A stretch of 64,000 nt of DNA. It comes from Octopus vulgaris (Eukaryota). The notes beneath the pieces were generated by a model that saw only the letters and a program-made list of their open reading frames with translations, did no database searches and was not told the origin of the DNA. The DNA is taken from NCBI GenBank assembly GCA_951406725.2, contig OX597825.1, forward strand, positions 54,684,001 through 54,748,000, read 5' to 3'. A program made the position numbers and the translations under genes. How positions within the stretch are numbered: the stretch's first letter is position 1; each line of letters begins with the position of its first letter. This document shows, in pieces, positions 38,900-52,734 of the stretch.

Positions 38900-39085
38900 C
38901 TACTCTACCTGAACTCTAAACTGAATTGTACATGATCAAAGATATTTCAACGTGATCACCTGTCTCCTTGACTGATGTACTATATCAAGGATTACATTCC
39001 TTTCCTAAGAAGGATTGGTAGGGATGATTTATGATATATGTAACTGCTATTTTTAGCAGGTCAGGGAACGCATAGAATCTCCTTC
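38900..39085 (-). mobile_element. Old SINE-like family D (related copies at about 45975-46160, 49305-49460, and 61420-61480 on +)
   Basis: Shared CTGCTATTT.TAGCA, ATC.A.GGA..AC.TT and CAGGTCAG..CT motifs across copies; highly diverged. Confidence 0.45.
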
Positions 39086-40251
39086 AGAGCCATGGCAATA
39101 CAGTTATAGTGAAGAGAGTTCAAGAGTGAGGAATGTTTGGCTATATATACAGAATATTCAATAATTTGATTTGTTTTCTCCAAATTTCAATACGTTTTTT
39201 ATATTTACCTGTTTTCTTTTCTTTTCTTCTTTTTTTAAGAACTTCCAATTATACTTTTTTTCTGCTTCATGTAGTTACTCATTTATCTATACCTACATGA
39301 AGTAGAAACAACATGTGTGTTTAGCATCATAGTTATGTTTATTTTCAGTAAACATTTCAATGCTTCATTTACATCATACGTACGTCCTGTGTCTTCCATC
39401 TTATTACATATTTAAATAACGTTAACATGTATTTATATTATTCAGCCACATATTTATTTAATAGCTATCCAAGCATCTATTCCATGTGTTTGTGACCTGT
39501 GTTTTATGCAAATAGTTGTTTAGCTAACGCCAACGTGTTCCTTTTTGTTTTACGATGCTCCCTGTTTCATTTAAAACTAATGTTTTGTACATGTTTCTTT
39601 CATTTGTTTTGCATTGCGCATTTGTAAATTTTATTTACCCATGTCTTGTTACAGTCTCTCATTTATATATTAATTTTAGTCTGTTCTGTTTCCTGTGTAG
39701 CTTTTTATTTATTTTATGCTTCTGAGTGTCTCTTATTTAACAACACATTTTTGTTATCATGTAGCCATGAGTTTATTTCGTGCATCCATGTTTTGGTAAT
39801 TCAACCATCTGTTTTGTATACAATATAACTCCATGTATGCCGCCATCCATCTCCGTGTTCCAAATTTAAACCATGTATCCTAATGTGTATTTTTGTTGTT
39901 TTCATTTTCTTTTTCATATTCTTTCATTCGTAAATCACTATATTCCTTTCCAGCCCTTTTCATTGATACATTCATCCTGTGGCGAAACTGCTGGGTTGGG
40001 GTTATGAATTCGGCTGGGTGCTTTTCCCTAAAACTGACCAAAGTCACTTCTCTGCCTCCGAAAGTCATCGTTGACAGCTTGTTTAAATGTAGCAGATTGT
40101 TGATTTGGCTGTACTTTCTATCGTCGGGTCACCAATATAGAGAAAAATTTACTGGTGGTGAATTATTGGTATGATGTTAGGCTGCACCTTGATCCATAAT
40201 AAAACCAACTCCAACTTTGTTTAAATAATCTTTATTTTTACGGAAGTATAA

Positions 40252-40468
40252 GATGGTGAGCTGGCAAAATCATTAGCACACCGGGAACAGTGCTAAGCGG
40301 TATATCGTCTGTCTTCACGTTCTCAGTTCAAATTCCGCTAAGGCTGACTTTGCCTTTCATTCCTTTAGAGTCGATAAAATAAGTACCAGCTGAGCACCGG
40401 GGTCAATATAATCAACTTAACTCATTCTCTCTGAAATTTCTGGCCTTGTGACAAAATTTGAAATCAGT
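40252..40468 (+). mobile_element. SINE family A copy
   Basis: GGTGAGCTGGCAAAATCATTAGCAC...GACTTTGCCTTTCATTCCTTT...GGCCTTGTGACAAAATTTGAAATCA. Confidence 0.85.
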
Positions 40469-41404
40469 GTTTACGTAGTTACATAATGGTTTCCCGGAGT
40501 GCTTTTTGGTGTATTCAAAGCAAGTGTAGTTCCTCGTTGCAATGATAACAGAAAGGGCTGACTTCGGGTGAAAGGCAGGAATAATATTCTACCAATCATA
40601 ATTGAAGATTCTTTTAACCTGGGGTGGAGCTGTGAGCAAGGAAATTTATCTGTTTAAAGGGATTGTTACATCCGAAGTGCGCCTTTGATTTGTTTATGAC
40701 TAAGAATTCACTGGCGTCTTGTGTGATGAGAAGCAACGATATTGTGTTCACGGTACGTACTTGGAGAAATGCATTGCAGATGAATTAACCTCAGCAGCGC
40801 GCAAGAACAAGCTGCACACGTCGAGTCCTTAACCACCTCTGCGTTAGGTCTGGCGCAATTTCACTTTTATAAGCGCTATATCGTAGAAAAATGATAAAAC
40901 ATTCTATAATATGGGAGAAGCGATGGTAATCCTGCAAGTTGCCTGATCCTAGTTAATCAAACTGTAAGGTTTCGATTCTAGATTTCGCTACAACCCCATC
41001 AAATATTTATTTGTTGTAACTTTATACTTCTTTAACAGTGTCATCAATTTCTCTCCCATAAATTGCTGATTATTTCATGTACCAATTTAACCACTTTGTT
41101 TCGTTGTCTTACAACCCAAATGTTCCTTTGTCTTTTTTTAATTGATGTGTTTTGTTCTTTTTGTGTGTGTGTAATTTCATGTGTTTTATTTTCTTGTAGT
41201 TCTCATGGCATTGGCGTTTAACTTTCATGCGCGAGCACGTGATATTCTCGTATTATCATGTTTTGTTTTAATCATTCCTTTGTTATTTTATGTGGTGCAT
41301 ATTTTCATACATTTCTACCTGTGTTCTATCTGCTCACATGTTCACATTATGTATGCTTAAGCGCACTTTGTTTTGTTGATACATTTTATTTTTCCACTCA
41401 CTTA

Positions 41405-41681
<277 letters not shown>

Positions 41682-41979
41682 CGAGAATTTTTATTAATCA
41701 CTACAGTTGTTTCGACCCATCTAGCATCAGTCCTTCACAATTAGTTTAAATGTATCTGTCGGTGTAGATGTGTCTCATTAAAATAAAGACTGTTCTGCAA
41801 GAGATCTTCTCGTTTGTGAATAGAAAGGCAGCAAATTAAGGGATACAGCTTCATTTTTATGGAATAATAAATAAATATCAGATGCAAAAAGAAACGAGTA
41901 CACAATGTAGCGAAAAATGTATATACATATATACAAAAAGGGATATGTATGTATACATACATATATACATATCTATCTA

Positions 41980-42129
<150 letters not shown>

Positions 42130-42223
42130 GATAAATATCAAAGTGAGTTATATACAGTAGCGGTAACACATCGTAGCATCCACCCTTAGGGGTTAGCCAT
42201 ATTGAAATGGCAAATATACGTCA

Positions 42224-42310
<87 letters not shown>

Positions 42311-42742
42311 TGAATAAATGATATAGTGGAAAATTAAGATAAATATCAGTATAAATATTGAGTTCCTACGTACGATTCACTATTGCAGTTATCTGGAACT
42401 CAGTATTCGATGTTCCAAGTACATTTGGATGCCTAACTGCACTGGATCGCCAGCGGGAACACTTTATAACATTGTGTTACAGATATCTAATATCCAAAAT
42501 CAGACACATCGTCGGGTAATTTATAAATATTTAAAATAAATCAAAATGCAAAGTAAAGGGCAACAGCAAAATTAGGGAAAATTGAATGCATAATGATTAA
42601 TTGGTGAGGGAGGAAAGAACAGAAAAGCTAGGAAGTGTGTAGGGGAAGAAGGTGTGAAAGCAAGAAGTGGGAGTGTATTGTAATTGGTCATTATTTCAAT
42701 TCAGTTCTTGAAGATAACACTTGGAGGTGGATAAGTATGATT

Positions 42743-42974
42743 GGCGGCGACCTAGCAGAAACGTTAGCACTCCGGGCGAAATGCTTTTTGATATTTCATC
42801 CGCCGCTACGTTCTGAGTACAAATTCCGCCGAGGTCGACTTTGCCTTTCATCCTTTCGGGGTCTATTAAATAAGTATCAGTTACGCACTGGGGTCGGTAT
42901 AATCGACTTAATCCGTTTGTCTGTCCTTGTTTGTCCTCTCTGTGTTTAGCCCCTTGTGGGTAGTAAAGAAATAT
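42743..42974 (+). mobile_element. SINE family A copy (same 3' variant as 19693)
   Basis: GGCGGCGACCTAGCAGAAACGTTAGCAC...TCTGTCCTTGTTTGTCCTCTCTGTGTTTAGCCCCTTGTGGGTAGTAAAGAAATA. Confidence 0.88.
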
Positions 42975-43474
42975 GTATGAATGGGTATGACCCAATGCTA
43001 AGATGGTAACAACTAATAGATAAATAGAAAATAAACAGCATAAGAGTTGAAAATCATTAAATATAAGCTTATAAAATTTAGTACAGAAGTTCACAATGTC
43101 ACTGACACAGAGAATCGTTTCCGCAACCTACAACTATACGTGTACATACAGACAAAGCCCACATACACACGCTCACAAATATTTACAGTGCATAGACATA
43201 CACATATTTATATACATATACATATGTATGCATATGTACGTACACAAACATACATATATATATATATATATATAATGTATATATGCATGCATAGAAACGT
43301 ATACACATATAAAAATATAACAAGTAATTATCGTAATTTTCCACTACATATGCTTTGTATATCATAACTAATATCACAAGTGAGTACAGTGGTAAAATAA
43401 GCGAACTAGATAATGTTAATCTTCGAGGAGTTCTAACTCTCACAGTAGTAGTCATACATTTATCTGTGCACACA

Positions 43475-43562
<88 letters not shown>

Positions 43563-43600
43563 GTTTGTATTGCATGTACATATATATATATACATATATA

Positions 43601-44843
43601 TCAAGTTGAGTAAAAAGAGTGCAACGTTTTGAACCGGATTTTTGCAGAGTTTTGAATGTTTTTAAACATTTTTTTTTAAATTCTCTGTTAATACGGACAT
43701 AGATTTACCTAAATGCATCAATAAATTAACATTCACATTTTTTTTCACCGTTGTCACAATCATCTGAAATGGAAATGTCAAAGCACGATATTCGAGCAAT
43801 TTTGCTATTCAACTTCAAAATAGGACGTAAAGCGGCTGAAATTGCTCGCGATATCAACGAAACGTTTAGTGAGGAAATGACCGGTGAGTGGTCAGCTTGA
43901 AAATGGTTTAAACAATGTGGAGACCTGAGCCTTGAAGATCGGGAACGTAGTGGATGCCCATCTGTTATCGATGACGGTCAATTAAAGACCGTCATTGAGA
44001 AAGAAACCATGTAACACCACCCGAGAACTGGCAAAAGAACTCCACGTTAGCCAGAAAACTGCCATGCAATCGAAAAATCAAAGTAGCTCGACAAATGGAT
44101 ACCACACGATTTGAATGAAAATCAGAAAGTGCGCCGATATGAAATTTGCTCGTTGTTTCTTCTCCGAAACAAAACTGATCCATTTGTAACTTGAGATGAA
44201 AAGTGTATTCTGTACAATAATGAAAACGTTCTTCGCAATGGTGGGACCAAAACGAGGTACCAAAAACCTTCCCTAAACCCGAGCTCTTCAAAAAGAAGGT
44301 TATGGTAACTGTTTGGTGATGTACTTCAGGACTCATCCCCTATAACTTTTTTTAAATTCGGATAAACCATTACTGCAGAAACATATTGCCATGGAATTGC
44401 CAAAATGAACGAAAAGCTGCTACTCTTCCGTCCCAGGCTGGTCAACAGAAGAGGGCCAATCATTCTTCCTGACAATGCTCGACGATACGTTTCCCTAATG
44501 ACACTCCAGAAGTTGAGGGAATTTGGCTACGAAGTTCTTCCTCACCCAGCTTATTCTCCAGATACCTTCTCCTACTCACTGCCACTTTTTCAAGCATCCT
44601 GATGGTTTCCTGTGAAAGAAGGAGTTCAAAAATCAAACTGATGCTGAAAGGGTGTTCAAAGAGTTCATCAGCTCCAGAACTCCAGCTTTTTATGTTACCG
44701 AAATAAACAAACTTGTAACTCGTTGGCAAAAATGTGTTGATTGTAATGGTACTTACTTTGATGAACAAAAATTTCCCCATTATTGAAATATATTGTGATG
44801 AATTTCGTGTTTCAAAACGTTGCTTTCTTTTTACTCAGCCTAA
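43601..44843 (+). mobile_element. Full-length but inactive mariner element (~1.24 kb)
   Basis: TA TSDs; TIRs TCAAGTTGAGTAAAAAGAGTGCAACGTTTTGAA and TTCAAAACGTTGCTTTCTTTTTACTCAGCCTAA. Transposase starts at ATG 43769 (MEMSKHDIRAILLFNFK) with WIPHDL, VT*DEK, PDNAR and HPAYSPD; many stops and frameshifts. Confidence 0.93.
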
Positions 44844-45662
44844 TATATGTAAATATGTACATACATATATATGTGCATGTGTGTGTATGTGTGTATGTGT
44901 CTGTATGCGTGTGTGTGAATGTATGTTTGTATGTATATATATAAGAATGAGGCACAGAATGTTGTGGGCAGTCAATTCTTCATTTATTGCAATTTTCTTT
45001 TATGTAAGAGAGCAATAAGGAAACAAAATTCTTGCAATCATTGCTAGTAAATCTCAATGAAAAAGGAAGATAATTTAAATATCTTTACCAGCAGGCAAAG
45101 AAGAATAAGGAAAATATGTTTTGGTCCATTTCGTTTTCTCAGTAAAGAACAATTTACTCAGCACTGCAGATCTGTGGATAGATTTATAAATAATTATGAA
45201 TATTTTTGGTCAATAATAAACATGCATGATTAAATATAAAATGAAATTAAGGAAAATAACTCAGTAAAAATCAATAGCTTGAATTTCGGTAAATTAAGAT
45301 TAAAAAGTGTGGTACTAAATACTGCATGCAATTGATTTCTAGCTTTTTGAAACTTAGTTCCATGTAAGAGAATGTAGGCAAAAACCTACTCGTAATAGAG
45401 ACTCTCTCAGAAAAAGGAGATAATTTATAAAGTTAATTTTTGAAGTGAATGTAAATTCTATGCATTGAACTGTTCAATACTTCACAGTGCCTAGCAACTT
45501 ATTTTTATTCCTGGAATGGAAGATCCTCGAACAGTATTGAGTTCTCTGTATATCATATACAACGACAGCTTTGCTTTGAACTTGAACTCAAAAGTTTTAG
45601 GGGACAAACTGATCCCCATACTTAAAAACTAATGTAGTCTCTGTTGTGGTTACTATTGTTGT

Positions 45663-45972
45663 TGCACGTGCCTTAGTGGTTAGGGTTTTCGGCTCGCAAT
45701 CGTAAGGTCGTGAGTTCGATTCTCGGCGGCGCGTTATGACCTTGAGCAAAACACTTTATTCCACGTCGCTGCAGTCCATTCAGCTGGTAAAAATGAGATG
45801 TACCTGTATTTCAAAGGGCCAGCCTCGTCACGCTAAATATTCCTGAGAACTTCCTTAAGGGTACGTGTGTCTGTAGTGTTCTCAGCTACAGGCACATTAA
45901 TTTCATGAACGGGCTGTTCCGTTGATCGGATCAACTGGAACGTTCGTCGTCGTAACCGACGGAATGCCAGTT
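45663..45972 (+). mobile_element. SINE family C, tail type 1
   Basis: GCACGTGCCTTAGTGGTTAGGG...GTGAGTTCGATTCTC...GACCTTGAGCAAAACACTT (CORE-like), then the tail shared with 7627. Confidence 0.8.
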
Positions 45973-47623
45973 TGATATCTAATTCCAGATCAGGCCTAGG
46001 TGAACAAACCAATGCTAAAAACCAAAACGTGTTCCACCTGTGAGCATCCTATGTTTCTGTTGAATAGTTCATATCAAAAACTATATTACTCACTGTATCC
46101 TTTCTTTTTATTAATATGATAAGGTGTAATTCGTTGAAGCCTTGACTGCTATTTCTAGCATAATGTGTTTTCCGTATACTAGATCTTTATTTTGTAAATC
46201 ACGTGACATGACTTGGGAGTCATGAAACCCACCTATTTTGAGTAAACCATGCGGCCTTATTTTTTTTTCAAGCTTATGTGAATAGCTGGGTTGTCAAACC
46301 ATCATATAAATACTTCTAATCATAGCGCATAGCCCTACTGAATCTATAGAAGCCATCTGATCCATGACTGGTGTAGACTAGACAGGTTTATGTCGTCACA
46401 GTTTTCGTCTGCTACATTCATTGCATTGCATGGCTTATTCGTTTGACTATTGTCTCAGTCACTCAATCACTCATTATTCCATCCAACCCTCAACTTACCC
46501 CTCTACCCTTAATCCATCCGTCCATCAACCGAAGCACCCATTCATATTTCAAACCACCTAATCTACCTTTCTTTATAACCTCCACTTCTTTACAAACATC
46601 CACTCTTTATAATTGTGCACCCTTTATCATTTTCCACCGATCAATCCAGCCATCCAACCATCCATCCATCTTATTCTTTCACCTGTCCAGTCAGCCACGA
46701 ATTGTCCCATCCATCTGTCCACCGATTCCATCCGAAAAATTCCTCCGTACATCATGCATGCATCGACAATTACATTTACTAATCCTTCCTTATAGCCCAC
46801 CGCTGTGACTTCCATAAGCCCCTGGCTGAGCTCTCCACACAACCTCTCCACCTTGGATCATCTATTATCTAAGAATTCTCTGTTAAAGTCAACTGATATA
46901 CTTCGATCTAAATAGCAGCCACCACAACTACACCAGTAAGGCTGGGCCTATAAAAATTTTTCACATTTTCTACCAACTCTAATCATTATTTACCTAGTTA
47001 TTCCTGTCTCAACTTTTCACCCTTTCTACCTATATTTCTGTATTTTCTTTCTCTCTTACACCCATATACGTTGCTTCTACAAACACTCCAGCACAATGAC
47101 CCAACTACCCCATTAATACCCCTAAGTAGACAACACTCAACTACTCATCTATCTCCTTTTCTTCTGACCATGTACCTATTCACATCACTACCCGCCATAT
47201 ATTTACCTTTATACCACACATCACCGACCATTCCGCAATACATCTAACCACAGTTCTATCACATATCTGTTACCCCATCCTCTATTCCGATTTGGGCCTT
47301 ATGCCGTCCATCCACCTATCATTCTACCACCGTCTGCCAACTGTTCTATCAATCACCTACTCACATTCAGCCGGTATAGCATCAGGTTACTCACTGAGAA
47401 CATTAATCTATGCACTTTTCTTTAAAACTACTACATACAATTCTACCATCTATTTACCCACCAATTTACCAACGGCTCTAGCAACCACCTCTCCAAATTC
47501 TACAACCGTCTACCAACTGTTCTATCAGCTATCTCTCCATATTCTACCAAACCACTTCTCTTATAATTACCAACGCACATCTCAGTAAACATTTACTGCC
47601 TGTACAGACATCTATCTGTGTGG

Positions 47624-47872
47624 AGGCGCGTGGCTTAGTGGTTAGGGTGTCAGCATCATGATCGTAAGATTGTGGTTTCGATTCCTGGACCGGGCGACGC
47701 GTTGTATTCTTAAGCAAAATACTTCATTTCACGTTGCTCCAGCCCACTCAGCTGGCAAAAATGAGTAACGGTGCGATGAACTGGCGTCCCGTCCAGCTGG
47801 GGAACACATACGTCATTGAAACTGAGAAACCGGGCCCATGAGCCTGTCTAGGCTTTAAAAGGGCGCATTTAT
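47624..47872 (+). mobile_element. SINE family C, tail type 3
   Basis: GGCGCGTGGCTTAGTGGTTAGGGTG...TTCGATTCCTGGACCGGG; tail TGCGATGAACTGGCGTCCCGTCCAG resembles the V-SINE domain (recalled). Confidence 0.8.
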
Positions 47873-48014
47873 TTATATTATTACAGACATCTATCTACCA
47901 AATGCACGCATAGAACATATACGCATTCACACATACGCATATCCTCACATACAAAGTATAATTCACACATTAAATATACAAAACCGTCCAGAAATACACA
48001 CAAACTTGTGTATT

Positions 48015-48054
<40 letters not shown>

Positions 48055-48702
48055 TGTCTTATGTTATGGCTTTAGCCAGTTGTCTGAAATTCAGACGAAT
48101 TATTGTAATAGGAAAGGAGTGATTCTGATCTTTGGTTACCATGGTGACAACCGCAGACATGTCTCTATCTTATTAGTCCTCCTTAGCAACACGTAGTCTA
48201 ACATACAACTACCAGGCCACAACTTTAAAAAGTGACACTAGAGAATTACATAAAACTGCCATCTGCACAGAGAACAAATAGTTAAGTACATGCTAAAATA
48301 CACAATGCTTAATCTTTTTTTTTAATTTTGTAAAGAATCCTCAATAACGCCAGTAACGTTTCTTCTCTTTCTGAATGTAATTTCAACCGATTAAGCATTT
48401 TTCACTTCACTACATCCAGTAAGTTTGCATACTGAATAACCTGCTCTTAACTCCTAGTTACGCCCTACTCTGGTTATTAACCCGTCTTCAATTGCCAAGA
48501 AAACTTCACACCACTTTCGCCCACCACCACAACACACTTCTGTCATCCAGCACCGTCACATCGATCCCCCACCACCACCACCACCACCATATCCCTTTAA
48601 CCTACCATTATATCATCCTCTCACAGACATTCATTGAAGAATTACTAAGAAAATTTCCCGTTTGCTTTTCTTTTTCTTTTTGTCTTCTACCATTATGGAA
48701 AG

Positions 48703-48909
48703 ATATTTCAGAAAAAAGACGGACAACTCCGGCACCAACCGCGAATAGAACACACAAAAAGCGTCCTTTTATCAATTACACAAATACTGAACACCTGAAT
48801 CGCGGGCAAGAGGACATAAACTTGGATAAAAATATTGTGGTGACCGTCAAAAATTTTTCTAACCAGTCATTTAAAAACGACCCTAGCCGTCCGTTAGCAC
48901 CATGGTCAG
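48703..48909 (+). CDS. Exon D of the Ig gene (post-Ig Thr/Pro/Asn-rich stalk)
   Basis: Long pyrimidine tract at 48660-48690; first AG at 48701-48702 (in-frame alternative TTTCAG at 48711); donor CAG|GTAACT at 48910. In frame with exon C: DISEKRRTTPAPTANRTHKKRPFINYTNTEH...NFSNQSFKNDPSRPLAPWS, with four N-glycosylation sequons (NRT, NYT, NFS, NQS). Confidence 0.72.
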
Positions 48910-49599
48910 GTAACTATTGTCTCCTTAAATCTTATTTCAGGCAAAGTCATTAGATATTCATTAAGGTTTTTTTGAAAAAAAAAACCAAAGGTAAATATTT
49001 AGTTGTTAAATGCTGTTTGTCTTTCCTCCGTCTGCTTCAGTTCGTTTTATGTAACCAGTTCTGACAAGGTAAGTTTGAGACCGAAATATGGATCTATGTT
49101 TATTAATGTTTGTTTCCAAAATACAGGTACTGAAGTGACGCATTCTTTGACTGGCAATCTTTATTCGTTTCATGAAATGCGAAAGTAAAGAAGACAATCC
49201 CAAGACGATCAAAAAAATGTTGATCGAAGACAATTTGTACTTTTATAATGTTGTTATTGTGATTATTATATATCCAAAGAATACTAATTAACATTGATTT
49301 CGCATTCTATTGTTGTTTAACCCCAGGTCAGATCTAATTGTGCGGACCAATAATGAAAGTTGTTCCATTTGTAATCATCCCATTTTTCAGTCATACTCTA
49401 TCTAGGACAACCTTATCCAATGTGTCCCTCTATTATTAAGCAATAAGATGTCATTTCTGATAGATTGTCCAATCACAAATTACCTTCTCATCGGTTTAGA
49501 ATAATTTCTCCGTTGTAACGTATTTATTTTGGATTAAACATCCATTACAACTCAAGCCAAAGGAATGCAAAAATACTTTGTGTTGATGCTAAGACTGCT

Positions 49600-49664
<65 letters not shown>

Positions 49665-49925
49665 TGGTGCATGCGCTGTAACAGCGCGTCACTGCATCCA
49701 CCATTTGTTAGTGATTCCTCACTACGACAAGCGGATGACGCCTTTGCACCATTCAGGCGACAACCTCACCCCACCCTACCCACTTATGGGTTTATTTGGG
49801 TAGTTGTTGCTGATGTGTGTTTTCAAGGTCGGATTCGCAATCCGACCTAAATTTCTTTTAGTCACTTTTTACGACACGCAAAGGAAACGGAGGGTCTGTT
49901 CTTTGACATGCCTCCCCAACACTGC
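49665..49925 (-). mobile_element. Retroposon fragment with a Nin/Deu-like motif and a perfect hairpin
   Basis: Minus strand TGCGTGTCGTAAAAAGTGACTAAA; 10-bp perfect stem AGGTCGGATT-cgc-AATCCGACCT at 49826-49848. Confidence 0.45.
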
Positions 49926-51980
49926 AAAATTATCAAGAGTTTTCTATGTTTTTACATTTCTCCATGCTTCTCTTCATACGTGCCTCCATGCTTTTATATT
50001 TTCCGTCTGCTTTCCGAATTAAACATAGAATCTCAAGCAGTTACCTTTACAAACAGACATAATAGATTATCTTAAAAGATGTATAGCATCCTCTGTTATT
50101 AAGTAAACTGCCGTCTACACAACTTTTCCTTATTTCAAATACTCACCAGATTCTGAACATTAACGGACAGTACCTCTAATTTACAAATGTTTCCTTTTAT
50201 TTCTCTAAACACTTCTTTATTTCAAGATCTTTATCCCTATACACGAGTTATCAATATGTAATTTTACCCTACTTCCTTTATGTTGGTGACGCTAATAGAA
50301 ACCCAAAACCTTAAGATCTTTAGAATATGTATCCAAGGTGTCCACAAACTGCTTACCTCTAGTAAGGAGATAATAAAAGTTTTAAGATGATTTTGCTATT
50401 AACGGGGATTTCCTGTAATTAATGTCACCCTGCAGTTATAATAGATTTCCTGTCCTTTCAATTCTGAAATGCCTGTTTTGATACCAATACCGTTTCTCAG
50501 TTGATTCTGTCTTCTGTAATAGGTAGTTCGGCACTAAAAACATAGTATTAATTGTTTAAGTAAATGTCCTTCATATCAATAATCCCTTGCAATCAAACCT
50601 GAGAAACAGGCGTAGAACACCTTAATCCAGGTGTAGAACGTCTGGAACTTATCACCTACACTACTCTGACTGTTACAACAATTTGTATTTATTATATTCT
50701 TGATATGTTTCCAAATTACAAAGTAATTGTTCTTTTCTTTAGTCTTCCTGACTACGTTGATGAGAAACAAATCAACCCTCTATGGTACACTGGCCCATTG
50801 CAGGTAGTGTTTCTCATGACAAAAGTCAGCGCGGCATTACGTGTTAACTAACTACACATTAGATCCGCGATTCTGCCAAAACTGAAATATACACCGCTAA
50901 TGACTCCACTTAAGTCATGGCGAACCAGAGACATAAGTATCAGCAGTGGTGAGCCACGTATCTTTACAAAAATATCTTCCTACAATATCATGTTATAAAC
51001 TACTAATTTGTAAGTATTTACCTTAAACTAAAATGCATCTATACTACTTTTCCATAGATAGGATTATTAACGAAAATGAAATTTCTACACGCAGGATTAA
51101 ACAAACTCACTATCACTGACCTGGGTGAACATGAGTTATTTGAGGTAGACACGGGTCATATGAGCCGGACATAGGTCATTTGAGACTTTCGTGGGCAGCA
51201 AAAACAAAACAATATCACTGTTTTTCTGGTATGATAAAGGATTTATGAATTGGTACTGTATCCGTATACTAACAGGAAAAAAGTTATATCCTACTCAGTT
51301 TTTTATATCCGGTTTCCAAGGTATTTAAAAAACTAACATCAACGAACAAGTCTTGATAATTGTTCTCTTTCTCGCAAAACTGAAACATTATAGAGACAGT
51401 AAAACAAAAATTGCAATTATTGTACCGTAACCTTAATAATTTCGTTTTTAACTTTCAATTTCCTAATGACTTCTAGCATTATGTTACTTTAATATTATTA
51501 AAAATTCTTCATCATACACCAAAAACAAAACAACAAAATATTTTACTTGCTTTCACTTTTTATTGCATTTTTCTTCACCTACCATATCAGGTGCGTTAAC
51601 TAAAGTCATTCGGTTTTCAGGTAATGAAACTTAACGCATTTTTTCATCAAATATTAGGTGACAAAAAGTACTTAACAAAATAAACATATTCATTTATTTC
51701 GTCTAAAAGAAATATGAATTGAAGAATTAATTTTCGATATTGAATTCATTTATTTTCCAGTTCATTTTGCATATAAATGTCTAAATGTCTGACATCACTT
51801 GTTGCTCTTGTCATTGTTAATCAGTTCCTTATTTTCTAGGTTATTAATCTCATGCCTACAGCTTATATTTACAATATTTATACCAAGAAAATACTTCAAT
51901 AAGTTATATTTCTGATCATCGTCAGATGTCTTATTCCTTGATGTCTGCCTATTTCCAGAATGAATTCCTACAAGGATCAT

Positions 51981-52065
51981 TTCTTCTTCTTCTTCTTCTT
52001 CTTCTTCTTCTTCTTCTTCTTCTTCTTCTTCTTCTTCTTCTTCTTCTTCTTCTTCTTCTTCTTCT

Positions 52066-52139
<74 letters not shown>
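51981..52139. repeat. Compound (TTC)n(ATT)n microsatellite at the tail of an RLE-LINE
   Basis: Directly visible. Confidence 0.97.
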
Positions 52140-52142
<3 letters not shown>

Positions 52143-52734
52143 TAGTTTTATATTTATAGCGTGCTTTCACTTCACTACCGAGCGCATCTCTGTGTGACTT
52201 GAGTATGTGCTGTGGTCTGTTGTGATATTCTTATGGTTACTGTATGGAAAGTGTTTTATGTAGGATGTGTGCAGTGCCCAGTAGTGCATTTTTCTGTATG
52301 TTATATATATTTGTAAGTCCTGGTGTTTTTGTTATGTATTTGTCTGAATATTATTTTTTTCATACCTAATGCGCCTACAAATATAAGAATTATTTCTGCT
52401 TTTAGATTCCACAATCGAGTTACCTCTATTTCCAGGTCTTTGTATTTGGAAAGTTTATCCATTTCTTTTAGAGAAACATTGTCAGATGCTGGTACTGATA
52501 CATCAATTAGAAAGCATTTTTTTTCTTCCTGATCTCTGACAACTATATCTGGCCTTATCTGTGTGTATTGGCATATCCCAGAGTATGGTTGCTCTCTCGT
52601 TTTCTGTGGCCTTTTCTGGTGTGTGCCTATACCATCTTTTTCCTGTTGTTATTCCATAGTGTTGGCATAGCTTCTAGTGTATGTTGGTCCCAACTCTGTC
52701 GTGTCTGTGAATATATTCCTTCTTAGCCAGGACT
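52140..52734 (-). mobile_element. R4/Dong-type RLE-LINE 3' end (5'-truncated)
   Basis: Close paralogue of 56533-57141. Minus strand encodes RHDRVG, RPDIVVRD, IDVSVP and KLSKYKDLEIEV (restriction-like endonuclease). Ends in (AAT)n. Confidence 0.85.

Noticed and set aside
47624-47700. tRNA gene (also 45663, 60563, 16161)
   Set aside because: Box A/B are present, but there is no full cloverleaf or poly-T terminator and each continues into a SINE body.
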